Shown: positions 20,360-31,100 of the stretch, in pieces
Numbering within the stretch: position 1 is the first letter of the stretch
Layout of the letters: each line of letters begins with the position of its first letter
Virus record (IMG/VR): IMGVR_UViG_3300042402_003577
Span: 1-64,000 of that record
Length of the DNA stretch: 64,000 bases
Direction: 5' to 3' (one strand)
Source of the DNA: a virus
Position numbers and translations under genes: made by a program
The notes under the pieces: generated by a model
The model's input: the letters and a program-made list of their open reading frames with translations, nothing else
What the model was told of the DNA's origin: nothing
Database searches by the model: none

Positions 20360-21775
20360 TTATTTTTTAAATACAGGGTCTCCATTAGCATCTAATCCTG
20401 CGTAATTCCCACCATCTGTTGATGTAGTAGAAGTATTACCTCTATTACCTGTTACTGAGTTTTCAAAATTAGTTTTAAGGGCTCTAATTTCTCCTGTTTT
20501 TCCTGTTTTACTTTCCACTATAATAGAAACTGTACCATCATTATTATCTTTAAAGTTTCCTGTAGGTTTATAGGCAGAAGAATAATTTTCTGGATCATAA
20601 GTTATTTCCTCTCCTCTTGTATTTATTCCTTTTAAATTCTCTACTTTTGGGAGACTAGTCTTAATTGTTTTTCCTGTTTTATCCTTAGTCATACTGACTG
20701 CTTTAGTTAAGAAATTAGAGAGGGCATTAAACCGTGACGTATCATCCATTGGTTTACCATCAGTTACAATATTAGTATCGGTATAATTTACAAAAGATGG
20801 TTTAGGTCCTTTTGTAGTACCTGTTACACTGGGAAAATTTGCATTTTTTTCAGCCGCAAATCTTTCAGCATCTCTACCTGCTTCCGCAACTCTTATTCTT
20901 GCCCCAAGATCAACCTCTTCTCTAGGCATTCCCACTTTTACTGTAGGAGCAGTTGTACCAAATTTAGCCGCTGAAGACTTAAACATGTTGTTAATAACAT
21001 CGTCAATAGAGCTTCCTCTAGTTTTCTCATAGTTTCCTCTTCTATTATACCAAGACTGGAATTCAGGATCTTGCATTAACCCTTGTTTAAATGAATTGAA
21101 AGCTGTTAATAGTTTACCTGCGGATTTGTCCTCTATAGCTTTTTCTTGTAACCCATATACACCATATTTAACAATAGCAGTTTGTACATCAGGAGGTACT
21201 TGTTTAGCAAACTCATCTGCTTTTGTTTGTAAATCGTATTCCTTATAAATAGGATTAAAAGTAAAATCGTTAGTTTCCCCTCTTAAAAATTTTTGATAAT
21301 TTCCTTCATTTGCATTGTTCCAAGGTTGGTCTGCAATTTCAGGTTTTTCAAATTTCATTTTTTCATAGCTCATAGCATCCTGAGAAGCTTGGACAGCTCC
21401 TTGTAAAACAGGGTCATTTTTAGCCTTTATTAAGCTAGTATTCAATGAAGTGAAGTTTGCAGAGTCAGATAACTGAAGCTGTCCCATATTGTCTATAATA
21501 GCCCCTAATTTATTATCTAACTGACCTTGTAAATCATCAAATCTTTTATGTAACTTTACTTTTTCTAAAATTGCATCTCTTTGTTTTAATACTTCGTCTA
21601 AACGCTTGTTAGCTACTTCTTGAGCAAACTGAGCGTTTTGATTTATAAGCCCCATATTTAATCCCTGGAAATCAGCAAAATCTATATCGGCCCATTCGGG
21701 GCTATACATTATTTGCTGGCCTATACCTGCAGAAGAAGGGGAAAACCCTCCTGATGGATTTCTTTGTCTAGCCAT
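20360..21775 (-). CDS. Putative cargo/ejection protein
   Basis: 471-aa helical protein in the cargo gene block, tightly coupled to its neighbours. Confidence 0.55.
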   Translation of the reverse strand: MARQRNPSGGFSPSSAGIGQQIMYSPEWADIDFADFQGLNMGLINQNAQFAQEVANKRLDEVLKQRDAILEKVKLHKRFDDLQGQLDNKLGAIIDNMGQLQLSDSANFTSLNTSLIKAKNDPVLQGAVQASQDAMSYEKMKFEKPEIADQPWNNANEGNYQKFLRGETNDFTFNPIYKEYDLQTKADEFAKQVPPDVQTAIVKYGVYGLQEKAIEDKSAGKLLTAFNSFKQGLMQDPEFQSWYNRRGNYEKTRGSSIDDVINNMFKSSAAKFGTTAPTVKVGMPREEVDLGARIRVAEAGRDAERFAAEKNANFPSVTGTTKGPKPSFVNYTDTNIVTDGKPMDDTSRFNALSNFLTKAVSMTKDKTGKTIKTSLPKVENLKGINTRGEEITYDPENYSSAYKPTGNFKDNNDGTVSIIVESKTGKTGEIRALKTNFENSVTGNRGNTSTTSTDGGNYAGLDANGDPVFKK

Positions 21776-21777
21776 AA

Positions 21778-24700
21778 TTATCTTTTATATCTGTTAGCTG
21801 ATAAAATATTATCTAATAAAGTCCCCGCAATAGGATTATTATAAGAACCTGTATTTCCTAAAATTTGATTTACAAACATTTGTCCTTGTTCTCCTTTAAA
21901 CATATCTGGTTTAGAAGCCATAATATTTAACATTTCCATTTTTTGATTTTGTTCTTTTTGAGCGTTTTCTCCCATGCTTTTAGAGTATTCTGAATATATC
22001 TTTGCATCTTTAACAGCTTTTTCCCCAAATAAGTTCCTTTTAAAGTTCAACATATTTTGCATATTAGTTAAATTCTGGTTTCTAACCCCCATATTACTAC
22101 CTAATAAATCTTGTTGAAGTCCTTGGGTTTCATTATATAGAGCTACATTTGTCTGATTTAACTTACTTAAAGTATCTCCAAGTTGGTTATAAGCTTGAGC
22201 CCCTGCATTTGCAATATTACCTGCTAATGTACTCCAGTCTCCTGTTTGGTTTGCTAAAGCATTTGCAGTGTTTCTTTGAGCTCTTTCGATATTATATAAA
22301 ATATTTCCTACAGGTACTTCGTTCTTTCTGCTTCTGATATAAGTATCAGGAGTTTCCATTATATATAATGGATTTTGTGCAAGACCTGCCTCAAGTACAG
22401 CTTGGTTGGCCCCTAGCCCTCTACCTAATTGACCTTCAAGTAGACCAAAGTTAAATCTATTCTGCATAGGAACTCTTGCCGCAGGAGCTATTGGAGTATT
22501 TTCACTTAATATCTGTTGTTCTGCTTTTTGTGCAGGAGTTTGATTTGGCTCTAATTTGGTTCTTACAACATTAGGTACAACTATATTATTTGGATTAGCA
22601 GGATCATATCCCCATCCATAAGCTTCATTTAATCCTTGAGATTTCATCCAAGCATCTTTTTCAGCATTTGAAGAAAAAGTTTGAGGTATAAATCTTTGGG
22701 TACGTCTGTCCCACTGTGCATCTAAGTTATTACCTGTATTTAATATTTCCAATTCTTTTGGATCAGTAATAACACTATATATATCTTTTAATGCTTCAGG
22801 AGATAAATTAGCTACTTGTCCATAAGTTCCTTTATTAGAACTATTTACTCCATATTTTTTTAATTTATTAACAAATTCTTTATTGCCTTGTAAGTCTTGT
22901 ATAGTTTTCCAAGTAGGAGCTACAGATTTTGCAGTAATATTTCTATTAAAATCAGGGTTTAATTTATCTACAGCTATTTGTCTAATTTCTTGTACTTTCT
23001 TTAATGCATCTTGATAGCCTTTGCTATTTTTTAGTACAGATTCCTTTAAATATCCTGGATCTTTTGGATCCACCGTTATTTTAACATAAGCAGACTCTAA
23101 ATCATTAAATTCTTTTTCTGATAAAACATTTTTTAATGTTTGAAAGTTATCTCTAAACCATCTATAAGCTTCTGGAGAACCAGGGTCCCAAGTACCTCCT
23201 TTCCAAGAAGAGTTTTGATAATTATTAAATCTATTTTCAGAATTTGCGTTCGCCCTTTCTTTATCACTAAATGTTCTATTGGGATTATAATTTTTAACCC
23301 CTTTAGGTATATACCAAGGCTGGTAAGTATCTAAAGCAACAAAGTTACCTTGTGCATCTAAATATCCTGTAGCAGGTGTTGCCCCAGATATATAACCTTC
23401 TTCAGGAGGTACCGATGTAAAATTTCTGTTTCTACTAAAATAATCTGCTGCTGAGTTTACCGCAGTAGGCGTTCCTTCATTACTAATTCCTAGGTTAGAG
23501 AGCATACCCACATTATAATCAATAGGATTTCCAAACTCATCTAATTCTGGTCTGTTATATATAACTCCCATATTTCCACGGGTTCCTCCTTGATATTTAT
23601 TCACCATTCCTCCATAAGCCATCATTTGTTCTTCCATAACAGCTCCCTCTGCTAATTCTTTTCCTGATTTAATTAAATCATTCATTTGTATAGACAAGTC
23701 TAAGTAGGCTTTTTTGTTACCTTCTTTTAATTTGTCAGTATCAAAAGCATTTGGAGTAGATTTATTTTGATATTTATTTTTAGCATACTCAGAAATATCT
23801 GCAGGAGAAAGTTTTTTACCGTTTTTCTTTCCGTATTTACTCTGATATACTTGTGATAATTTTTTAATATCTTGCTCTGCATTTTCAGGCTTAAACATCT
23901 GCATCAATTGTACATACTGGTCAGGAGTAAGTTTATTACGAGCACTTTGAATGTGTGATCCTCCAGGTAATAAATCTGTTACTTCTCCATCTGACATATT
24001 TTCGTGAGATGTAGTAGCTTCTACTGACTTAATTGTGCCATCAGGAAGAGCAACTTGTTCTGCCTGTCCTTCAAAAGTTTCTGTCTGTACAGGAATACCT
24101 TCTGTCATGCTATTTAACATACCTCCTTCTTCATATATTCTACCTCCCATAGCTTTCTTCCATCCTGCAGCGTTCTTTGCAAAATTAGCCATTTTTACTA
24201 CGTCAGCAGTATATTTACTTCTATTAGCCATTACTTTATTGGCAGCTTCTTGAACAGTCATTCCTCGTTTAGCCGCCCATTCAGTAAACTTACCTTCATT
24301 GGCAGGGTTAATATTAATTCCTCCGCCCATAGCATACATAAAATCATCTTCTTCATACCCCATCATAGGACCTGCTATCATGCCGCCTCCTGGGTACATT
24401 GTAGGATAATTGTAATCTGCTTGATAATCCATCATATCACTTCCTACCATACCACCCCCAGGGTAATACGTTGGATATTCTACATATCCCCCCATATTAT
24501 AAGGATTCTGACCTGCAAGCATTAATTGTTCTACTTCAGGAAGGATTCCCCCATCGGCCCAAGTACCAAATCTTTTGTGCCAATATAATGGAGAAAACGG
24601 ATCCCTTGCTTTTGCTGAATCTTTTCCTCCCATTCTTGACCAAAAATTATCTCTTCTTTTTTCAGACTTATGTTGTTTGAAATCTTGCATTCCTCTCCAT

Positions 24701-25428
24701 CCGCCTTGAACTACTTTATATTTATCGTCTTTTTTAGCTAAGACTTTCCATTTATGTTTTCCGTCACCTTGTTTCTTTTGACCCACTTTGGTGAATCCCA
24801 TATTCTTATATCTCTGAGGGATTCCTCCTCCATCTGCATACTCCTCTACTTCCCCGCCCATAGACATGTTAGAGATTATATTTTCTTGAACAGCTTTTGG
24901 TAAAGCTTTAAATCCTTCATTATTAATTCCGCCTCCGTTATAATAACTGTCTACCATACCACCCATAGCCATATTAGCTATTATGTTTTCTTGTACAGAT
25001 TTAGGAAGTGCTTTAAATCCAGGATTATCAATGCCTCCGCCCTCAGCATATTCATCTACATATCCCCCCATTGCAGCTTTTTTCCATTTACCACCTTTTT
25101 CTTTATACCATTTAGCAGCAAAACCATTTGCATACGCTGAAGGGTAAACATCATATTTTGATTTAGCAGCAGCTTTAGCCTTACTCCATAATGAAGGATT
25201 GGTAGGAACATTTCCTCCATTTGCCATTTCTTCTACCTCCATTTCTTCCATATCAGATTCCTCATCTTCGTTTTCTTGTTGTTGGTATTTAGCAACAATT
25301 TCTTTGGCTTCAGGATGAGCTTTGAAAAATGTTTCCTTATTTGGAAACTTTTTGTAAAATTCAGCCTCTGTCTTTACACCTGCTATTTTTAATAATAATT
25401 CTTTCATATTAATTTTTTTAAATTTCAT
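21778..25428 (-). CDS. Putative cargo protein with ~16 xxxGG-delimited modules
   Basis: Repeated MANGG/YAEGG/YADGG-type motifs and a Q/N-rich coiled C-terminus. The start may be 25407 (MKELLLK). Confidence 0.65.
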   Translation of the reverse strand: MKFKKINMKELLLKIAGVKTEAEFYKKFPNKETFFKAHPEAKEIVAKYQQQENEDEESDMEEMEVEEMANGGNVPTNPSLWSKAKAAAKSKYDVYPSAYANGFAAKWYKEKGGKWKKAAMGGYVDEYAEGGGIDNPGFKALPKSVQENIIANMAMGGMVDSYYNGGGINNEGFKALPKAVQENIISNMSMGGEVEEYADGGGIPQRYKNMGFTKVGQKKQGDGKHKWKVLAKKDDKYKVVQGGWRGMQDFKQHKSEKRRDNFWSRMGGKDSAKARDPFSPLYWHKRFGTWADGGILPEVEQLMLAGQNPYNMGGYVEYPTYYPGGGMVGSDMMDYQADYNYPTMYPGGGMIAGPMMGYEEDDFMYAMGGGININPANEGKFTEWAAKRGMTVQEAANKVMANRSKYTADVVKMANFAKNAAGWKKAMGGRIYEEGGMLNSMTEGIPVQTETFEGQAEQVALPDGTIKSVEATTSHENMSDGEVTDLLPGGSHIQSARNKLTPDQYVQLMQMFKPENAEQDIKKLSQVYQSKYGKKNGKKLSPADISEYAKNKYQNKSTPNAFDTDKLKEGNKKAYLDLSIQMNDLIKSGKELAEGAVMEEQMMAYGGMVNKYQGGTRGNMGVIYNRPELDEFGNPIDYNVGMLSNLGISNEGTPTAVNSAADYFSRNRNFTSVPPEEGYISGATPATGYLDAQGNFVALDTYQPWYIPKGVKNYNPNRTFSDKERANANSENRFNNYQNSSWKGGTWDPGSPEAYRWFRDNFQTLKNVLSEKEFNDLESAYVKITVDPKDPGYLKESVLKNSKGYQDALKKVQEIRQIAVDKLNPDFNRNITAKSVAPTWKTIQDLQGNKEFVNKLKKYGVNSSNKGTYGQVANLSPEALKDIYSVITDPKELEILNTGNNLDAQWDRRTQRFIPQTFSSNAEKDAWMKSQGLNEAYGWGYDPANPNNIVVPNVVRTKLEPNQTPAQKAEQQILSENTPIAPAARVPMQNRFNFGLLEGQLGRGLGANQAVLEAGLAQNPLYIMETPDTYIRSRKNEVPVGNILYNIERAQRNTANALANQTGDWSTLAGNIANAGAQAYNQLGDTLSKLNQTNVALYNETQGLQQDLLGSNMGVRNQNLTNMQNMLNFKRNLFGEKAVKDAKIYSEYSKSMGENAQKEQNQKMEMLNIMASKPDMFKGEQGQMFVNQILGNTGSYNNPIAGTLLDNILSANRYKR
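24851..25050 (-). repeat. Intragenic tandem duplication, ~105 bp (35-aa) unit
   Basis: GGGIDNPGFKALPKSVQENIIANMAMGG versus GGGINNEGFKALPKAVQENIISNMSMGG. Confidence 0.85.
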
Positions 25429-28135
25429 CTAGCCATCCACCGCTAGTTTTTTTCTGGGATGATATGTAACCAAAATATTTTCTTTGTTTGTCTGTTGTAA
25501 AACTCTTATCGTGCAACATTTTTTTAGCCTTAGTAGGAGTTAATCCTCCTTTACCAAATTCTTGTATATCTTCATACATATAATCAATCATACCTCCGTC
25601 TTGGAATCCTATTCCAGACAAGCTACTCATAATATTTCCAAATCCTTTCATACCTGTTGCCCCTCCTTTCATATTACCCATCATTCCTTTTAAGCCTCCC
25701 ATATTTTTAGCCATTCCTACTCCGCCTTTAATGTTTCCAAATAAACCTGAAGCAGTATCCATCATATTACCAAAATCTTGCGAAGCATTAACCATTCTAT
25801 TACCTGAAATATATCCTGATTTATCATAATTAGATAAAGCATCTTTTGCTTGAAAAGTTCCAACTGTACTACCTACTCCTTCTCCTACATCTCCTATACC
25901 TTGGCCAACCATTCCTATATTTCCTGTAGCAACTCCGCCAATAACTTTTGCGGCACCACTTGTTACATTACCTACACCTCTACCCACAGTATAGCCACCC
26001 GTTCTAGTTAAGAATGAATCTCCTACAATATCTTTTGTAACATCTCCTAAAATTGGAACTGTACTCATAATACCTAAATAAGCACCAACAGGTTCTTTTA
26101 AAAAGTTAAATGCACCCCAATCTACTTTATCATCTTGAAAAGATTGTCTATCTTTTCTTACTTTTGTATTTAAAAAATCGTTTGCATTGGCAGCCTGTAA
26201 ATCAGCTAAAGAAGCTCTATTACTACTAGCGTTAAATACTCTAGGAGAATTATTTACATTACCATAACTATCTCCATATATTCCAGCCAATCCTCCTCCA
26301 TATTGATATTTTCCAATTCTACCCCCATTCATATTCACTAAATCATTTAGATTAACTCCCATATCATAAGGAGTAGTATCGTCAGTAAAATGCACTCTAG
26401 GAACTGGATTATAGTTTTCGTGAAATACATTACTTTTATGAATATATTCAGGGTCCCCTACTGGTAACATATCCATACTTCCACCATCTTGATATTTACT
26501 TAAATATCCTCCATTTTTTTGACTTAATAAAGACATTCCTTGTAAAATACCTTTACTTCCTGCTCCCCCTGGCAGTCCTCCAAAAACTTGACCAGTTCCA
26601 TCTCCACTCATTCCTCCAGATATTCTACCAGCTATTGATTCTAAATCTGTATCAAAAAGATTTGAACCAGTTTTACCCTCTGCAAAATTTAAAAGTTTAT
26701 TATAATCAAACATCTTTTTAGCGTCATCACTCAAACCCTCATAGCCTGTCTTAGGCATACCCATATTGCTCATCAACCCTGTTATCTGGTTAACACCTTG
26801 ATTTACAGAACCTAATATATTATTAATTCCTGAAAATACACTTGGTTGGTTAATTTGTTCTTCCATGTTTTCAATAGTATCAGGCATAACAGATCTAAAG
26901 TAACTGTTATCTTGATACAATTCAGGACCTACACCAAAGCCTTTATAACCTTCTTGATAATCAAGGTAGCCTCCTGCTGGATATTTTTTAAATTTATTTT
27001 TCATATCATTATATATTAATCCCCCGTCTTCTTTTTTGTGATTATAATCTATTCTTTCAGATGAAGTTTTTTCTCTTTTAAATTTTGCTTTTTCTGCACT
27101 GCTTAATTCCGATGCAGTTTTAGGGGTATCACTACTTATTCTTTTAGAAGGTCTACAAGCTGGGTACCCTTTTCTTTTTTCTCCTTTTTGTCTGCCACAT
27201 TCCTTACCTGTTTTAACGTCTATCCACTTTTCAGCAAACCATCTATCTAATCCTCCATGTTTTCCCCCATCTTTCATTATAGGTATTTCTGTTACTTGGT
27301 CTACAGAAAAGTTGTCATTTACTTCTCCCCCCATTTCAAATTTTTTTAAAAGTGGAGCTGGTCCCCAAGATTTTAACTCTATATCACTATAAACAGGTAC
27401 AGGATCTTTAGAGTTATACATAGTATTTAAATATTTTACATATTCTGGATTTTGGTTTAATACATTATCCCTTAAATCCATTACTTGCTTTCCATACAAA
27501 GGATTTTTTTTCATGTTTATTCCTGTACTTGGAACAGGTACTCCATAAATTTTTTTCATTTTAAACCCATGATAACCTTGTTCTGTACTAGGCTTTACTA
27601 CTCCAAGGCCGTTGTATACTTGCAACCTAGTGGCATCATCTTTTATACCTAACCTATCTGCTTCCTTCATTTTAGTTATATAAGCATTAGTTAATGCCTC
27701 TAAATCACTTCTTGAAGTTAAATCTTCTAATACATGACCAAGATTTTCATCCTCTTTCCCAAACTTAGTTTCTTGAAAAGCTATAGCTGCTAAATTTTTA
27801 ACATCTTCTATTGGCAGTTTTTTTCTTTTAGCAGATTCTATTATTCCTTTTAAAACTTCTAAATCATATTCTCCAGACGTTATGTCAACATTTGGCCTTA
27901 TTGGCTGCCCACTTGTAGCTAAAACTTTTCTTTTGTCTTCAATTTTAAATGTTTTAGGGCTGCTTTTTGCAGGGGTAGATTTAGGTTTTGGTTTATTAAT
28001 TGTTTCAGTAAAAAACTCTTTTATTGCATCAACAATCCCTCCATCAGCATATTCACTAATAGAAAATTCCTCAGAGTAGTTATCTAACCACCCTGAAGAA
28101 TTAGTTTTATTAAGATTAGCCTTCTTTTTAGCCAT
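25418..28135 (-). CDS. Putative cargo protein directly after the muzzle gene, with a lysozyme/SLT-like domain, a DUF5872-like module and a Gly-rich hydrophobic segment
   Basis: LAAIAFQETKFG...VYNGLG, GLDRWFAEKWIDV..CGR..YPACRP, and ~12 xxxGG motifs. Confidence 0.65.
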   Translation of the reverse strand: MAKKKANLNKTNSSGWLDNYSEEFSISEYADGGIVDAIKEFFTETINKPKPKSTPAKSSPKTFKIEDKRKVLATSGQPIRPNVDITSGEYDLEVLKGIIESAKRKKLPIEDVKNLAAIAFQETKFGKEDENLGHVLEDLTSRSDLEALTNAYITKMKEADRLGIKDDATRLQVYNGLGVVKPSTEQGYHGFKMKKIYGVPVPSTGINMKKNPLYGKQVMDLRDNVLNQNPEYVKYLNTMYNSKDPVPVYSDIELKSWGPAPLLKKFEMGGEVNDNFSVDQVTEIPIMKDGGKHGGLDRWFAEKWIDVKTGKECGRQKGEKRKGYPACRPSKRISSDTPKTASELSSAEKAKFKREKTSSERIDYNHKKEDGGLIYNDMKNKFKKYPAGGYLDYQEGYKGFGVGPELYQDNSYFRSVMPDTIENMEEQINQPSVFSGINNILGSVNQGVNQITGLMSNMGMPKTGYEGLSDDAKKMFDYNKLLNFAEGKTGSNLFDTDLESIAGRISGGMSGDGTGQVFGGLPGGAGSKGILQGMSLLSQKNGGYLSKYQDGGSMDMLPVGDPEYIHKSNVFHENYNPVPRVHFTDDTTPYDMGVNLNDLVNMNGGRIGKYQYGGGLAGIYGDSYGNVNNSPRVFNASSNRASLADLQAANANDFLNTKVRKDRQSFQDDKVDWGAFNFLKEPVGAYLGIMSTVPILGDVTKDIVGDSFLTRTGGYTVGRGVGNVTSGAAKVIGGVATGNIGMVGQGIGDVGEGVGSTVGTFQAKDALSNYDKSGYISGNRMVNASQDFGNMMDTASGLFGNIKGGVGMAKNMGGLKGMMGNMKGGATGMKGFGNIMSSLSGIGFQDGGMIDYMYEDIQEFGKGGLTPTKAKKMLHDKSFTTDKQRKYFGYISSQKKTSGGWLDEI

Positions 28136-31100
28136 TAACGCATGGATATGTTATAGTTAAGGACTGTAAATTTAAGTATAAATTTTAAATTTTCTAAATC
28201 TTTATTATCTATATTGACTCTATAGTTAAAGAAATTATTCTCAAGCCTATCTACTTGGGTCCAATCCTTAGCAAAACTTACATTAGCATTAGGGACTGGG
28301 AAAATATCTCCATCCACAAAATTAATAGTATCATCTAATACATAATTAGCTAAATTATTGCAATATACAATACCATTTATTATACTGTGAGGCTCATTGC
28401 TTAGTACAACATTTTTCATATAATCCTTATCAATAGGAGTTTTTAAGAAAATTTCTCCACTATGTTGTCTACTAGTCCAAACCTGTAAGCTTGTAGGCAC
28501 TTCATTGGTAATTAATAGCTGTCCGTTAACATTTTTATATGCATCTATTTTCATACCAACATTGTTAAGGGTTGTGTACAATAATGGATGATAAGTGAAC
28601 ACCCCGTCAACTAAAGAAGGGTAATTAACTCCATAAAATTTTCTATAAGAATTAAAGTTATCTTCATGTATATAAAGATTATAATTGTCATCTTGGGTAA
28701 AGAAAGTGTCTCTATTCTGAATATATGCCATTGGTAAATACGAATGGAAAGAATAAAAGGCCTTATCTTCTGGATAATAACTGAGGGTAAACCCGTTTGT
28801 TTTATCTGTTAGTAAAACTCTCCTATGTCTATAATCATATCCAAAATAAATTTCCACTGTAGATAAATCTGGATTTGATTGAGGTATAATAGGTAAGTTA
28901 GTGTTTGTAGAAGCCCCATAAGAATTAAAATAATTATTCCATTGATCCTTAAAGAAACTGTTCATACCATAAGTAGAAATTGCATCTAATTTTCCGCCAG
29001 ACATTAGATTTAATGTTTGGTTTTTTAAGTCTGCAAAGAAATATCCAGTATTATTTTGAAACCTAAACCTTTTATCTTGCAATCCCATATAGCCTTCATT
29101 AGAAGCAAATAACTCCAATTGTTGAGCACTTAGAAAATCATTTGTACCTAAATACACTAGACTATTATCTGCCTGTAATTTTGACTCAAGAGTCAATAGT
29201 CTCCAAATATTATCTGTAGTATGTGCATATAAAATTTGACTCTCTTTAAATAAGTTTGTTATTTTTCCTTCTTTATGAGGAAGAGTTACAAAACTATTTT
29301 TAAGGAACTTACTGTAATTTAATCTTCCCACTGCTTCATTATCAGCGACTGATATAGCTATTCGGTTGTCATATTCTGCATCACAATCACAAGTTTTATA
29401 ATCTTTATTTATAGGTTTAAAGAAATTAAATCTCATTCCATTTAACTCATTGTAATCGTTATTTAGATTTATTTTATTATCATGGAAGTTTTTATAAGCA
29501 TCATTATATTCTACCTCATCATAATTAGTTGAGGTACAATTATCGTTTTGATCTCTACAAATCAACTCGTAAAAATAAGTATTTAAGAAGCAGTCTTCCG
29601 CATATTCATTTTTTCTATTAGAAAATAAATAGTATTTACCATTAGATAATTTAGGGTAGTACACTTCATTAAAGTTAGGTCCTTCATATCTTAAATCTAA
29701 GTTTACATCTGACTCTGTAACAGTATTTATTAAAGTTACATTTGCTTTTTGAGCAAGATATAAATTTAATAAATAAGAGTCTTTATTTCTTCCTATTATT
29801 GATTGAATTGTATATGTAGGGTCTCCTCTATCCATCCAAGCAGCACTATTATCATCTATATAAGAATCTTCTAGCATACCCGTTACCCCTGTTCTTACAA
29901 AAGAAAAAGTATTAATATAACTATCACCATAAAACCCTGTCAAAGTACTTTGACCCGCACATCCTTTTAATCCTGTATCAATAAAAAACATTTCCTCAAT
30001 ACTTCCATATTGTCTTGATAAATTATTTTTTATAGATCCATAATAAATATAACCAATGTTACATTCATCTAATATTCCTGGCGCAGTGGTATTATCCAAA
30101 TAATCATCAAAATAAGAAACCCCTGATGGAACAAAAGGAGCAGTAGCTGTAACAAAAACATCCGAACTACCTACAGTAAGAGGGGGCCCTCCAGTTCTAG
30201 TTAAAGTAGTGCTATTAGTAACAATAAATGTATTTGAATTAGATATTACTGATGGAACAGTAGAATTACTTACAATAATTGTAGTACCTACAGGATAGTT
30301 GTTGGTGTAACTAACTAAAGTTGTTGAAGTTGCTGTAAATGTTTGTTCTGCTGCATAGTTAGGTATTTTTTGCAACCATAAAAAATTAAATATAGATCCT
30401 ATTGATGAAACAGGAAAAGTACCTGAGTTTATTTTTGTAAGTTCTACAAATTGTTGTGGAGGAAACCCAGAAATAGGGCCAAGATTTGTAACTTCAAACT
30501 CATCTCCTGGTAATAAAGGAGAAAAGACTCCTGGGCTATAAACAAAATATTTTTCATTTAAAATATAATTACCTGGAGATTGAGCATTAAGTCTTATTTT
30601 ATTACCAGATATTATATTATAACTAATTACTGAAAACCAATCAAATGGAAGAGAACTTCCTCCTGCGCCCGTATAACATTTCTTACTACTTGTATCTGAG
30701 TTGAAAAATTCTAAGTTTTTATTAAAAGACAAATCTGACTTTAATTGATAATCTAAATAAACCCCGCTCTCTCTGTAAAAATTAACTAAAGAATATTCAG
30801 AGTTTAATATCTTATTTAAGATTACATTATCATTTACATAAGAGTAATTGTCTATACAAATATTTTTAAAGTTATACTTTAAAGATCTATTTTTATAACC
30901 ATTAGTTCTATCAATAGATCCGTCTGTATTTTGCACATAACCATAATCATAAAAGTTATATATTTGAACTGCAGCAGATCTCAGTCTACCGTCTTTATCT
31001 TTAAAGGTAGAAGGGTCTATTACTGGTTCCCCACTATTAGAATTTGTAGTATTTACCCCATTTATAGAGTCTATATAATATCCTACGGTATTGTATTGTT

